Made by a program: the position numbers and the translations under genes | Part shown: positions 29,884 to 40,400 of the stretch, one piece after another | Layout of the letters: the number at the start of each line of letters is the position of its first letter | Position numbering within the stretch: the stretch's first letter is position 1 | The notes under the pieces: generated by a model | Database searches by the model: none | Told to the model about the DNA's origin: nothing | The model's input: only the letters and a program-made list of their open reading frames with translations | Assembly (NCBI GenBank): GCA_049472395.1 | Contig: JBLIRR010000012.1 | Location: forward strand, 55,777 to 119,776 | DNA: 64,000 nt | Direction of reading: 5' to 3' | DNA from: a bacterium | GTDB taxonomy: Bacteria > SZUA-182 > DTGQ01 > JBLIRR01

Positions 29884-31044
29884 TTACAACCTCATTATCT
29901 CTATGGCCCATCGAAGTATTGCATCATGCAGCTCCGGGCGCAGACTATTAAATTTAAAATTTTGACGTGAAGGATGAATGCGATTAGAGAGAAGAATGAC
30001 CCATAAATTTCGCTTAAGATCTATCCATATGGATGTACCAGTAAAGCCAGTATGTCCTATGGAATCTTTTGAAAAGAGGTGTCCGGAGCTTGAGCCCTTT
30101 GGGGATGGTGTATCCCATCCCAGGCACCATGTAGATCCGGGAATATCCTGCCGAGCAAAGAATTTCTTTATTACGTGAGTTGGCAAAAAATTATGTGGTT
30201 GATCGAGCGAATAGGGCATGCAAAGAGCTCTTAATAATTTATGGATATCAGAGGCAGTGGAGAATAATCCCGCATGACCTGCAACACCACCCATTGCATA
30301 TGCATTATCATCATGGACCTGTCCGCATAAGACCTTCTTGCGCCAGGGGCAGTTTTCAGTTGGGGCGAATGTATGATGATTCTTCCGAAGGATCGAGATA
30401 GATTGTTCCCCCTGTGATAAATCGTTAAAAAATGTTTTTTTTAACCCAAGCGGCGTGAATATAAATTTGTCACAAAACTCATCGAGTTCCATAGAAGAGA
30501 TCTTTTCTATTATAAAGCCGACCAGCATAAATCCTAAATCACTGTATATTGATTTGCTTCCAGGCTCATACTCCAGTTTTTCATTACATAAAAAATCATA
30601 ATAATACCTTTTGGCCTCATGGTGTCCGATGAGTGGTTTACCTTCTTTTTGTTCAATATCTAATAGAGAGGTATAATATGGCTTATACGATACAAAACCG
30701 GCTGAATTGCTCAAAAGGTGCGAAATAGTTATATGTCTTTTTTCCGCATCTCTTATTTCCGTAAGATATTTTGATACTCTATCACTGAGATTAATCATCC
30801 CTTTATCGTATAATATCATAATAGCGGTAGTGGTAGCGAGCTGTTTCGTAAGAGAAGCCAGATCATACACAGTCTCTATGGTCGCCTTTTCCTGATGAGA
30901 GCTGTCTAAATATCCGAAGGCTTGATGATACACAACCTCAAAGTTAAGAGAGATTAACACAACCATCCCAGGGCAGTAAGTATTATTTATCGCATTGTGT
31001 ATTTTCTTTTCAATTATGCTCAGATCCATTACCGGGTCTTTCAA
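29884..31044 (-). CDS. Beta-lactamase-family serine hydrolase
   Basis: SxxK motif (SLTK), YSD and HTG motifs; lies between mpl and ldcA. Confidence 0.75.
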   Translation of the reverse strand: MKDPVMDLSIIEKKIHNAINNTYCPGMVVLISLNFEVVYHQAFGYLDSSHQEKATIETVYDLASLTKQLATTTAIMILYDKGMINLSDRVSKYLTEIRDAEKRHITISHLLSNSAGFVSYKPYYTSLLDIEQKEGKPLIGHHEAKRYYYDFLCNEKLEYEPGSKSIYSDLGFMLVGFIIEKISSMELDEFCDKFIFTPLGLKKTFFNDLSQGEQSISILRKNHHTFAPTENCPWRKKVLCGQVHDDNAYAMGGVAGHAGLFSTASDIHKLLRALCMPYSLDQPHNFLPTHVIKKFFARQDIPGSTWCLGWDTPSPKGSSSGHLFSKDSIGHTGFTGTSIWIDLKRNLWVILLSNRIHPSRQNFKFNSLRPELHDAILRWAIEIMRL

Positions 31045-31967
31045 CCTACTGTTGCTGTTTCATCAAAAATTAGGCGGCATTTATCAGTATCGAGGGTAAC
31101 CTCAATGCCTAAAGGTATAGTAAGGTTTTCTAAGGCATGGCCAAAGGGGAGACCTATGCAAATAGGAATATTCTGCCGATCAAAAACCTCATTGATGAGA
31201 TCCCTTAATTTTTTTTCATTATCACTTCTTCCCTGCGTGGAAGTGAGTATATCTCCAAATACTACGCCATTTATTTTTTCAAGCTTGCCGGCTGCTTTGA
31301 GATGATACAACATTCTGTCGATACGGTATGGTGCTTCCTTTCGATCCTCTATTAAGAGTATTTTATTATCCGTATCGATCTCATAATGAGTGCCCAAGCT
31401 ATGAATCAAAAGCGTGAGGCATCCTCCGATGAGCACTCCTTTCCCCCTGCCTTCTCTGACAATCTTATTCTTACTAAAGGGAATGGGGGGGAGGGGAGAG
31501 TCTTTGGTTAACGCGTGTAATAAGCAATGTTCGGATAATGCTCTGATATAAGCTAATTGGTCAGTTGCGACCATTGGTCCATGAAAGGAAACCATAGAGC
31601 ATGTTTTGTGAATAAAAAGATGCAACACAGTAATATCACTAAAACCAATAAAGATTTTTGGATTTTTTTTTATACTGTCGGCTTTCAGTAAAGGTATTAA
31701 CCTGGCAGACCCATAGCCGCCACGAGCACAAAAGATAGCGTGTACATCCTTGTCACAAAACATCGTATTAATCTCATCCGCTCTTCTTTTGTCGGTTCCT
31801 GCCAGATAGCCCTTCTTGGCAAAAATAGTATCCAGAAATTTGATTTTAAAACCATATTCATTGAGCCGCTTAGTTCCAAGAATAAACTTCTCCTTATCAA
31901 AAGGCCCGGCAGGGGCCACGATACCTATAGTATCTCCACGTTTTATTATTCTTGGTTTATGAATCAT
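31041..31967 (-). CDS. ldcA: LD-carboxypeptidase (muramoyltetrapeptide carboxypeptidase, peptidase S66)
   Basis: S66 pattern GDTIGIVAPAG...GTDKRRADEIN...FCARGGYGS; 4-nt overlap with the upstream gene. Confidence 0.85.
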   Translation of the reverse strand: MIHKPRIIKRGDTIGIVAPAGPFDKEKFILGTKRLNEYGFKIKFLDTIFAKKGYLAGTDKRRADEINTMFCDKDVHAIFCARGGYGSARLIPLLKADSIKKNPKIFIGFSDITVLHLFIHKTCSMVSFHGPMVATDQLAYIRALSEHCLLHALTKDSPLPPIPFSKNKIVREGRGKGVLIGGCLTLLIHSLGTHYEIDTDNKILLIEDRKEAPYRIDRMLYHLKAAGKLEKINGVVFGDILTSTQGRSDNEKKLRDLINEVFDRQNIPICIGLPFGHALENLTIPLGIEVTLDTDKCRLIFDETATVG

Positions 31968-32788
31968 GGCTTAATCATTGGCATGAGTTTAGTTTTTAGT
32001 AATTCAAAGGCATCTTTTGGTGTGTTGGCAAAATTGAATAAATTAAGGTCAGAGGGGCTTATGGTCCCCCATTTTACCATAGCATTAAAATTGAGCACTT
32101 CATTCCAATAGTCTGAACCATATATCAAAATAGGAACTCTTTTAGATATTTTTTTTGTTTGCATCAATGTAAGTACTTCCACAAGTTCATCAATTGTTCC
32201 AAATCCTCCAGGGAATACAATAAGAGCTTTGGCAAGATTCATAAACCAAAATTTACGCATAAAAAAATAATGGAATTCAAAGGATAATTGATCGGAGATG
32301 TAAGGGTTCGGTTTTTGTTCATGAGGCAGGCTAATATTTAATCCGATAGATTCTCCCCCTGCTTTTGCCGCACCTCGATTTGCCGCCTCCATTATCCCTG
32401 GTCCGCCCCCAGAGCAAACAACAAAACGATGCCCGTCCCTGCAATGCCGTGCCCAGTCAGTCAAAAGGCGTGAGAGCTCTACGGCATCTTCATAGTATTT
32501 TGACATCAATAATTTTGTCTGCGCAATTTTTTCCTTTCGAATTAAATCATTATCTGGAGTAACACTTTGCGTGATCTGACGTTGTAATGCTTTCAGCTCC
32601 CTTTGTACCGTTCTTTTCGATTGAATTCTCGATGATCCGAAAAAAACAACAGTATCTTCTATCCCATATGTTTTGAAGCGGGATAATGGCTCAAGACATT
32701 CGCACATTATTCTTGCAATTCGAGCATCCGGGCTAGTAAGAAATTCAATGTTCTTATAGGCTTTCACAGGACGTTTCTTTGTAGTCAT
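31964..32788 (-). CDS. LOG family nucleotide 5'-monophosphate nucleosidase-like protein
   Basis: LOG/TIGR00730 motifs (VVCSGGGPGIMEAANRGA, PGGFGTIDEL). Confidence 0.8.
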   Translation of the reverse strand: MTTKKRPVKAYKNIEFLTSPDARIARIMCECLEPLSRFKTYGIEDTVVFFGSSRIQSKRTVQRELKALQRQITQSVTPDNDLIRKEKIAQTKLLMSKYYEDAVELSRLLTDWARHCRDGHRFVVCSGGGPGIMEAANRGAAKAGGESIGLNISLPHEQKPNPYISDQLSFEFHYFFMRKFWFMNLAKALIVFPGGFGTIDELVEVLTLMQTKKISKRVPILIYGSDYWNEVLNFNAMVKWGTISPSDLNLFNFANTPKDAFELLKTKLMPMIKP

Positions 32789-32982
32789 ATTATCTCCTTT
32801 TTTACAGTAGGATAATAATATCTTTAAAGCGAGCTTTTTTCAAGCGAGAAATTGCAGCAATTCAATTTTTGAGCAGATGGGGGACATCACATTCAAGGAA
32901 TAATATTTCCAAAGTGAGCATTAGTGAAGAAATTTAAGAATACGCTGCGAGATAAAAAAGATAAGCTTATAAAATAAAGAGT

Positions 32983-33171
32983 TTAGCTTCGCCGCACGGC
33001 TGCTTGCATTAATTTTAGATAGCGCTGGGAGATCTGTTCCCTTTTAAGAGTAACGTAAACAATATTTTCTGAATTTGAGGTGGGAAAATAACGATTAAGT
33101 TCCCTTATCATTCGAGCACGTAAACGATATATAGTTTCATTTGCCATTGCAACAATCCCTCTTCTTGACAT
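32983..33171 (-). CDS. Hypothetical small basic protein
   Basis: 62-aa ORF upstream of the LOG gene; no recognisable domain. Confidence 0.25.
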   Translation of the reverse strand: MSRRGIVAMANETIYRLRARMIRELNRYFPTSNSENIVYVTLKREQISQRYLKLMQAAVRRS

Positions 33172-33405
33172 CTAATCCCTGGTTAAAATTATTGTTTATC
33201 TTACCACTAAAAAGGAAAAATACTTTTTAGTTGAGTTACTCTTAATTAGACGAGAGTATCTTTTATGCCTTACACTTTTTTTAAAGAAAGATTTACTTTT
33301 ATCGAAAAAAGTATCTCCCTATGGTATCATATGTGCGGCGGAGCTTCGCGATACTGGTTACCTGATATTCGAAGCTGGATAATAAATAAAAGAATGGTAT
33401 TTTAG

Positions 33406-34044
33406 ATGAGCATTGACATCGAATGGTTCAATAGAAAATTGAATGACAATTTGCCTCTCATTTTAGCATCTGCTTCACCTCGGAGAAGAGAGCTTCTTGA
33501 ACAATTAAACTTAAAATTTCAGATTATTCCAAGCAATATTAAAGAGCATGATATGACAGGCCCTCCTGAAAAGAAAGCTCGAACATGGGCATTTCTCAAA
33601 GCGGACGCCATAGCAAAAAAATTTTGCGGCGTTATACTCGGGGCGGATACGATTGTTGTGCTCGGGAAAAATATTTTAGGCAAACCTCGTGATGCAGAAG
33701 AAGCCCGCCAGATGCTTCGTCAATTAAGCGGAAATACCCATTCCGTCATTACGGGACTGGCTTTGATCAATACCCAGACCGGGTGTCATATTTTAGAATC
33801 GGTTGAAACAAGGGTGACCTTTCGGATATTGGAGGAGGGAGAAATAGATGACTATGTAGCAAGCAGGGAACCTATGGATAAAGCCGGGGCTTATGGTATT
33901 CAGGCTCAAGGCGCTTATTTTGTCAAGCATCTTCAGGGATGCTATACGAATGTTGTTGGCCTTCCCGTCTCTACTTTCCTTAAATTCCTTCGAGAAATCT
34001 TAATCAGGAAAAAGAGCAATTTATTTTCGGATAAATGCCGATAA
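33406..34044 (+). CDS. maf: Maf-family nucleoside triphosphate pyrophosphatase
   Basis: Maf signature LILASASPRRRELLEQL...GADTIVV. Confidence 0.85.
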   Translation: MSIDIEWFNRKLNDNLPLILASASPRRRELLEQLNLKFQIIPSNIKEHDMTGPPEKKARTWAFLKADAIAKKFCGVILGADTIVVLGKNILGKPRDAEEARQMLRQLSGNTHSVITGLALINTQTGCHILESVETRVTFRILEEGEIDDYVASREPMDKAGAYGIQAQGAYFVKHLQGCYTNVVGLPVSTFLKFLREILIRKKSNLFSDKCR

Positions 34045-34071
34045 GATAATAAAAAAAGAAGGAAATAAGCC

Positions 34072-34383
34072 ATGTTAGAGCAACTAAAGTTTATTTTTCA
34101 AATTCTTCCCTTTGCTTTTATACAGGAAAATGTTTTTTTGATTCCTGTGTGGCAAATGATAATTTTTGTATTTATCATTACGTTTTGTATATTCTTTAGA
34201 AAGTATCAATTGGGATTATTGATCTCATTTGTATTTAGCTTTTATTGGGGTTTGATCGTGAATCGTGATGTGTTTATAGGAAACGTGCACAGTGAATATG
34301 CCGTTTCGTGGGTATTTATTTTATATATCGTTGGAGGAGCTATTCTTGTTATCGTACCCTTGGTTTCATTCTTCAAATCGTGA
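34072..34383 (+). CDS. Small integral membrane protein, hypothetical
   Basis: Three hydrophobic helices; AGAAGGAAA RBS; 27 nt downstream of maf. Confidence 0.5.
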   Translation: MLEQLKFIFQILPFAFIQENVFLIPVWQMIIFVFIITFCIFFRKYQLGLLISFVFSFYWGLIVNRDVFIGNVHSEYAVSWVFILYIVGGAILVIVPLVSFFKS

Positions 34384-34582
34384 TATACTCATAACCTTGA
34401 TCCCAATATAGGACAATTTTTATCTTTACGCATGCATGATACTTGTCTTAAGGGTGAGACTGTTCAAGGGGCAATAGTACTTTCTCCCAAGGGGAAATGC
34501 TATTTGGATGTAACAGCAAATGGTAAGAGTCGACACTTCTCATGTGGTGAATATAATATGTCCCCATGATGAAGTTGGCTTT

Positions 34583-35230
34583 TTATAAATTGCAGCATTC
34601 ACCTTCATTCTCTTGAAAGAAGTCAGCTACATGAATATCAAAGGAAGTTGAAAAATCAGCCCGCTTTCCCGTCATTATTTCGACCGCATTAAATGTAAGT
34701 TGTGCATGATATTTATAGCTGTCATAAGTAACGCAGAGTGGACATCCCGGAGAACATAAGAGGTCATTGAGGGGTGAATTCTTTTTCTGGCTTACGCTCA
34801 TAACGTTGAGTGTAATCTCTATATTTGACCCGGCTTCGACGACCTGCCCAAGCGCAAGTGATCGTGAGTCTAAAGTAGAAGGAGTATAGCTATCAGCTGG
34901 TGTATAGTCTATGCGGACATTCTCGATAGATACAGAGGATGAGGAGAGCTTATCCGATATATTGGGCAATAATTCGGAGCTTATCGTAACAGTCAATGAA
35001 TCAGGTAATATCTTATAACCGTCGCACGTATTATCCCCATCATTACTATCCATCCATAGAGCAACGTCCGAATCGATATGTGTGGTAGCGCAATTGGCTG
35101 TAATGGCAACCGTATTAAAAAGAGCAGCGCCTGGACTTGTCGCCGATCCGCAACCACCTATTAAAAGAGCACAACAACACAATAGATGCACAAGAAAAAT
35201 ATTTTTTCGCATCTCTTTACTCCTCCTCAT
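34583..35230 (-). CDS. Lipoprotein, hypothetical
   Basis: Signal peptide with lipobox (LIGGCGSA); no recognisable domain. Confidence 0.6.
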   Translation of the reverse strand: MRRSKEMRKNIFLVHLLCCCALLIGGCGSATSPGAALFNTVAITANCATTHIDSDVALWMDSNDGDNTCDGYKILPDSLTVTISSELLPNISDKLSSSSVSIENVRIDYTPADSYTPSTLDSRSLALGQVVEAGSNIEITLNVMSVSQKKNSPLNDLLCSPGCPLCVTYDSYKYHAQLTFNAVEIMTGKRADFSTSFDIHVADFFQENEGECCNL

Positions 35231-35354
35231 GCTAATCCTAAATATAAAGCATACATCAATATATACTATACATCACATTTTTATTTGTCAGAAAATTGTT
35301 TCAATGGTACCATAAAATATATAGTATAGCAATAGAGGCGCGGCAATTCTAATT

Positions 35355-35834
35355 TTAGACAAATAACCTGTATAAATAGAAAATCATTACTCCCTTCCCC
35401 CCTTCTTGACGGGAACCGGGTCTGTAAAATTCCACGAGATGTCGGCCTTGGTCGGAATTGAGCCAGTGAATAACGTATTCTTTAAGAAGGGATTTTCCAT
35501 GAGGAGAATGAATTCCTTTTCCCGTGATGATCATGACAGTTCGGGTATTCTGGTGTGCGCACTGTTCACAAAATGCCTCAAGACGAACGATGGATTCATC
35601 GTGCACTAATCCATGTAAATCTAACGTAGCTTCTATCTTTTCACCACTCTCTCTGTAAGTTGCTTTTCTTTTGCGTATACAAAAAGATTTCTCTTCTATA
35701 AAATCAAATTTTTTTTCATTTATAGGAGCCCGGTTGCTCCCGAGAGCTTCTATAGCTTTAAGAAAAGCCCTTTTTTCCTCATTGGATAGAGTCCACGTCT
35801 CATTCCTCTTTTTTTTCTTAGATTTTTTTAACAT
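35355..35834 (-). CDS. Smr domain protein
   Basis: C-terminal Smr motif LDLHGL...IITGKGIHS...LKEYVIHWL. Confidence 0.75.
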   Translation of the reverse strand: MLKKSKKKKRNETWTLSNEEKRAFLKAIEALGSNRAPINEKKFDFIEEKSFCIRKRKATYRESGEKIEATLDLHGLVHDESIVRLEAFCEQCAHQNTRTVMIITGKGIHSPHGKSLLKEYVIHWLNSDQGRHLVEFYRPGSRQEGGKGVMIFYLYRLFV

Positions 35835-35894
35835 TGAGTTTCAAAATAAAATTTTATCTGCTATACTATCTCCTGAAGATAAGTATATAATTGT

Positions 35895-35971
35895 GGTGGA
35901 TGTAGCTCAGTGGCTAGAGTCCTGGATTGTGGCTCCAGTTGTCGCGGGTTCAAATCCCGCCATCCACCCCA
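35895..35971 (+). tRNA. tRNA-His (anticodon GUG) with encoded G-1 and CCA
   Basis: Hand-folded cloverleaf: extra 5' G opposite discriminator C73, acceptor GTGGATG/CATCCAC, anticodon loop TTGTGGC, T-loop TTCAAAT. Confidence 0.85.
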
Positions 35972-36141
35972 TCCTCTTCATTGCCCATGCCCCAAAAACT
36001 CATATTGTTTTATGTGTGTAACAGGCGTATAAGCACGTGTTGTCTTAAAACTCGAGAACTTCCGCCTCCCACCGAGAAGGTTAAATTTTTAGTGTATTAA
36101 GAACGAAACTAAAAATACATGTGTGATTCAGGGACTTTGAG

Positions 36142-36324
36142 CTAAGAATCGCAGCCGTTCAGTTTGATTGCTTCATCAATAAGCATAATAGGAATTTCAT
36201 CCTTGATGGGATAGAGCAGTTTACATGCGTGACAGATAAAACCAGATTCATCCTGTTTTAATTCAAGGTCTCCCTTACATTTTGGGCATGCTAAAATATC
36301 AATTAATTCTTTATCAATAGCCAT
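36142..36324 (-). CDS. Trm112-like protein (UPF0434 family)
   Basis: Zinc-ribbon-like pattern [11 protein letters not shown]...[20 protein letters not shown]. Confidence 0.75.
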   Translation of the reverse strand: MAIDKELIDILACPKCKGDLELKQDESGFICHACKLLYPIKDEIPIMLIDEAIKLNGCDS

Positions 36325-36430
36325 ATAATTCCCTCGTTAATTTTTTTATTTCTTAACGCTAAATATTATAAAGGAGCTGTTACATAAATTCAATAGATAA
36401 ATAGCTCGCAGTCAAGATAAGAGGAGGCTC

Positions 36431-36466
36431 ATAAAAAAAAATTGGGCTGTACTAAAAGTACAGCCC
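36431..36466 (-). terminator. Rho-independent terminator (bidirectional in form) downstream of the response regulator gene
   Basis: Hairpin GGGCTGTAC/GTACAGCCC with 5-nt loop, flanked by an A-run (36433-36441) on one side and TTTT on the other. Confidence 0.6.
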
Positions 36467-36693
36467 TTTTCAAAATCAAGAGCAGTTGGGGGGGGAGAAC
36501 CACTCCTGATTTTGGTTGCTTATTTTTTACTGCAATTACTTTAATTTTTGAAGCAACTTTTATGCCAATAATCGAGTCCCATTTTAATTATGACTGCGGC
36601 TCTATTTGGGGATTTTAGCCGGGTGGCTTTTGGTTGGGGCCTCGATTATTTATGATATGGAGAAAGAATTATGACAGGGGCCATTATGAAAGA

Positions 36694-37296
36694 TTATTCA
36701 ATTTCATGTGAAAATTTATGTGAAAAGAATGAGGTAAGTTTTTCTTTAATGGCATTAATCTGTATGGCAGTATCCATATTGTCTTGACTTACAATTTCTT
36801 TTATTGAATTAACTAATATAGAGTATGAATTTATCATGGTCTCAAGTCTCACAATAGTTTTACGCGCATCTTCCTCTATGAATATTTTTGCTTGGTAAAG
36901 GTCCTCCACAGAATTATTGAGGCCTTTTATTTCATAAAGGGTTTCCAATTTTGACAGTATAATATTTTGCGAAATAGGTTTTTGAAGATAGTCTCTGGCT
37001 CCCAAAGACATGGCGGCTACCGCATTTTCAATAGAACCAACTCCCGTTAACACAATAACTTCAATTCGCGGTTTGTGTTGTTTCACATATTTTACAACCT
37101 CAAGTCCATTCACAAAAGGCATTTGCATATCAGTAATAATAAGATCAAAATTTTTTTCATTAATCATATGAAGAGCGTTCTTACCATTATCAGAGGTAAA
37201 GACATTATCACCATGATCTTTAAGTATATTACAAATAAGAAGTCTTTCTACGGCATTATCCTCAACAACTAAAATATCAAGCGATTTATCCACCAT
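36694..37296 (-). CDS. Response regulator, receiver domain with short C-terminal extension
   Basis: REC domain (ILVVEDN...DLIITDMQMP...K at the expected position); no recognisable output domain. Confidence 0.8.
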   Translation of the reverse strand: MVDKSLDILVVEDNAVERLLICNILKDHGDNVFTSDNGKNALHMINEKNFDLIITDMQMPFVNGLEVVKYVKQHKPRIEVIVLTGVGSIENAVAAMSLGARDYLQKPISQNIILSKLETLYEIKGLNNSVEDLYQAKIFIEEDARKTIVRLETMINSYSILVNSIKEIVSQDNMDTAIQINAIKEKLTSFFSHKFSHEIE

Positions 37297-37432
37297 TTCC
37301 TAGCCCTCCTCTTTTTATCCCTATCGGTAAATTTAATATTTTTGATTTATTTGCGGTGATTCGCTCTAATTCGTTATAATAAAAATAAGGACTTAGCCTC
37401 GCGAGAGAGTATAATCAAACAGAGGGTAAAAC

Positions 37433-40400
37433 GTGTTGCGCAATAATGAATATAGGGGAAAGATCAAATATCCTGCGAATTTGCCGATTGTTCATAAGAA
37501 GGATGAGATAATAAAGGCAATAAGGCGTCATCGGGTCGTAGTAATAAGTGGGGAGACCGGCTCAGGCAAAACAACTCAGATTCCAAAATTTTGTCTTGAG
37601 GCGGGCTTTGGCCGTAAAGGCATCATCGGGTGTACGCAGCCCCGGCGTATTGCCGCTTCATCTGTTGCACAGCGGGTAACAAGTGAATTAGATAGTTTGG
37701 GAAATGGACTTGTCGGTTACAAGATTCGTTTTAGGGATACGACACACTCTTCTACTGTTATCAAGTTTATGACAGATGGTATTCTTCTTGCCGAGACACA
37801 GTCAGATCCGATGCTACGGTCTTATGATATTATAATAATCGATGAGGCCCATGAAAGAAGCCTTAATATTGATTTCTTGCTTGGCATATTGCGGAATTTA
37901 ATTTGCCAAAGACAGCATCTTAAACTGATTGTTACCTCTGCAACCATTGATACTGAAAAATTTTCTCACTACTTTGATGATGCACCCATTGTTGAGATTT
38001 CAGGTAAGCTCTACCCTGTAGAGATCAGAAACAAACCACTGGATCATGCGCTGGAAGAGTCAGGGGAGATAACTTATATTGATCAGGCTGCAGCGGCAGT
38101 AGATGAATTAAGGGAGGAAGACTGCGAAGGGAATATGCTCATCTTTATGCCAAGTGAACGGGATATATGGGAAACAGTTCAGAAACTAAGGGGCAGAAAT
38201 TATCACCATACGATTATTCTTCCCCTTTTTGGAAGGCTTTCATCCGCAGATCAACAGAGGATATTTGCATCGACAAAAGAACAAAAGATTATAGTTTCTA
38301 CTAATATTGCTGAGACCTCTATTACAATCCCCGGAATTAAATACGTCATCGACACAGGATTAGCAAGAATTTCCCACTACAATCCGCGCCTTCGGATACA
38401 GACGCTTCCCATAAAAAACATATCCAAAAGCAGTGCAGATCAACGCAGGGGCAGATGCGGAAGGGTAAAGGCTGGTGTGTGTATTCGATTGTATAGTCAG
38501 GATGAATATGAGAGTTGGCCGCTTTTTACGCCACCAGAGATAATCAGGTCTAATCTTGCTGAAGTTATTTTGCGTATGCGGTATCTTAAAATAGAAGATA
38601 TCACACACTTCCCCTTTATTGATTCGCCAGCTCAAAAAGCAATAAAAGATGGGTTTGGAATTTTGCGAGAGCTTGGTGCTATTGATTCTTCAGACACATT
38701 GACGGATACTGGTATTCTTATGGCAAGACTGCCCCTTGATCCCAGAATTTCACGAATGATTATTGAGGCAAAAAAAGAAAATGCACTGCGTGAAATAATC
38801 ATTATTGCCTCTGCTTTGAGTATTCAAGATCCCAGGGAAAGGCCGGCAGAAAAACAGGGTCTTGCAGATGAAATGCATAGCCGTTTCATTGTCCCTCAAT
38901 CTGATTTCCTTACCCTTTTAAAGATATGGGATACCTATCATGATACCTTAGAGCGATTGAAAACGCAGAATCAAATGCGAAAGTTTTGCACTACTCATTT
39001 TCTTTCCTACAAACGAATGAGTGAGTGGCGGGATATTCATGAACATATCTATAGGATTCTCAAAGAAGAAGGCGGATATTCAATGAATAAAACCCCTGCT
39101 CATTATGATCAGATACATCGAGCCATATTAAGCGGACTTTTAAGTAATATAGGCCAGCGAAATATGAAAAAGGCAAAAGAGAAGAATGCCTATAATGCCA
39201 CTAAAGGCAAAGAGGTGATGATTTTTCCTGGTTCAGGCCAATTCGGAAAAGCAGGTGAGTGGATTGTGTCTGCCCAGATGGTGCAGACTTCACGACTTTT
39301 TGCTCGCACTATTGCCACGATTAATTCAGAATGGATCGAGGCTTTAGCCGATGGGCTCTGCAAGGTAACGTATTATGATCCTCATTGGGAAAAGGAGCGG
39401 GGGGAGGTTGTTGCATATCAGCAAAAATCTTTATATGGGCTCATTATCGTCCCAAAACGCAAAGTGAGTTATGGCGGAATTAATCCTGAAGAATCACAGA
39501 AAATTTTTATCAGAGCAGCCTTAATCGAAGGGCACATCAAGGAGTATTTTGTATTTTTTGACCATAATAACTCTATTATTACCTGCATAAAGAAAATGGA
39601 AGGCAAAATACGGCGCCGGGACCTTCTTGTGGATAATGACACCATGTATAATTTATATGCGCAGCGGCTTAAGGGCATATGTACTATCAATGGATTAAAA
39701 AAACTAATTAGAGAGAGAGGAGGGGATTCCTTTCTGAAAATGCATATGAATGATTTTCTCTCGACAATACCGGATGCCCAGGAGCTGGCTCAATACCCCG
39801 ATACATTGGAAGTGGGTGATCTGCTCCTTCCTCTTACTTACAGATTTAGCCCGGGTGATGAGGATGATGGGATAACAGTGACAATTCCCCTCTCTCAAAT
39901 GAATCACCTCCGGCCTGAGGTATTTGATTTCCTCGTGCCAGGCTTGTTATATGAAAAGATTATTTTTTTATTAAAAGGACTCCCCAAATTATATAGAAAA
40001 CAACTCATCCCTCTTCAAGATTCGGCAAAAATAATTGTTGATCTCATATCAGCCAAAAAGTCTCAGGGATCATTATATGCAATCCTGACTGCTATTATTT
40101 ATGATCAATACAGGGTAAAGATCCCTTTTGATGCGTGGCCGCGCACTACTCTTTTACCGCATCTTAATATAAGATATAAGGTAATAGACTTAGAAGGCAA
40201 GGTTATAGGGCAGGGCAGGGATTTTTACGCACTCTCGAAGATAAAGATTAAAGATGACGAGCAATGGGTGGGGGCATGTAAGAGGTGGAACCGCCCAGGT
40301 ATTGTAACCTGGGATTTTGATAATATAGAGGAGAAAATAGCTATTGGCCATGACAAGAACGGAATCTGTCATTATGCCTATCCCGGGCTCTATGCTCACA

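Noticed and set aside
35671-36021. 116-aa ORF overlapping tRNA-His
   Set aside because: It runs across the tRNA-His gene and the antisense of the Smr gene start, with no RBS.
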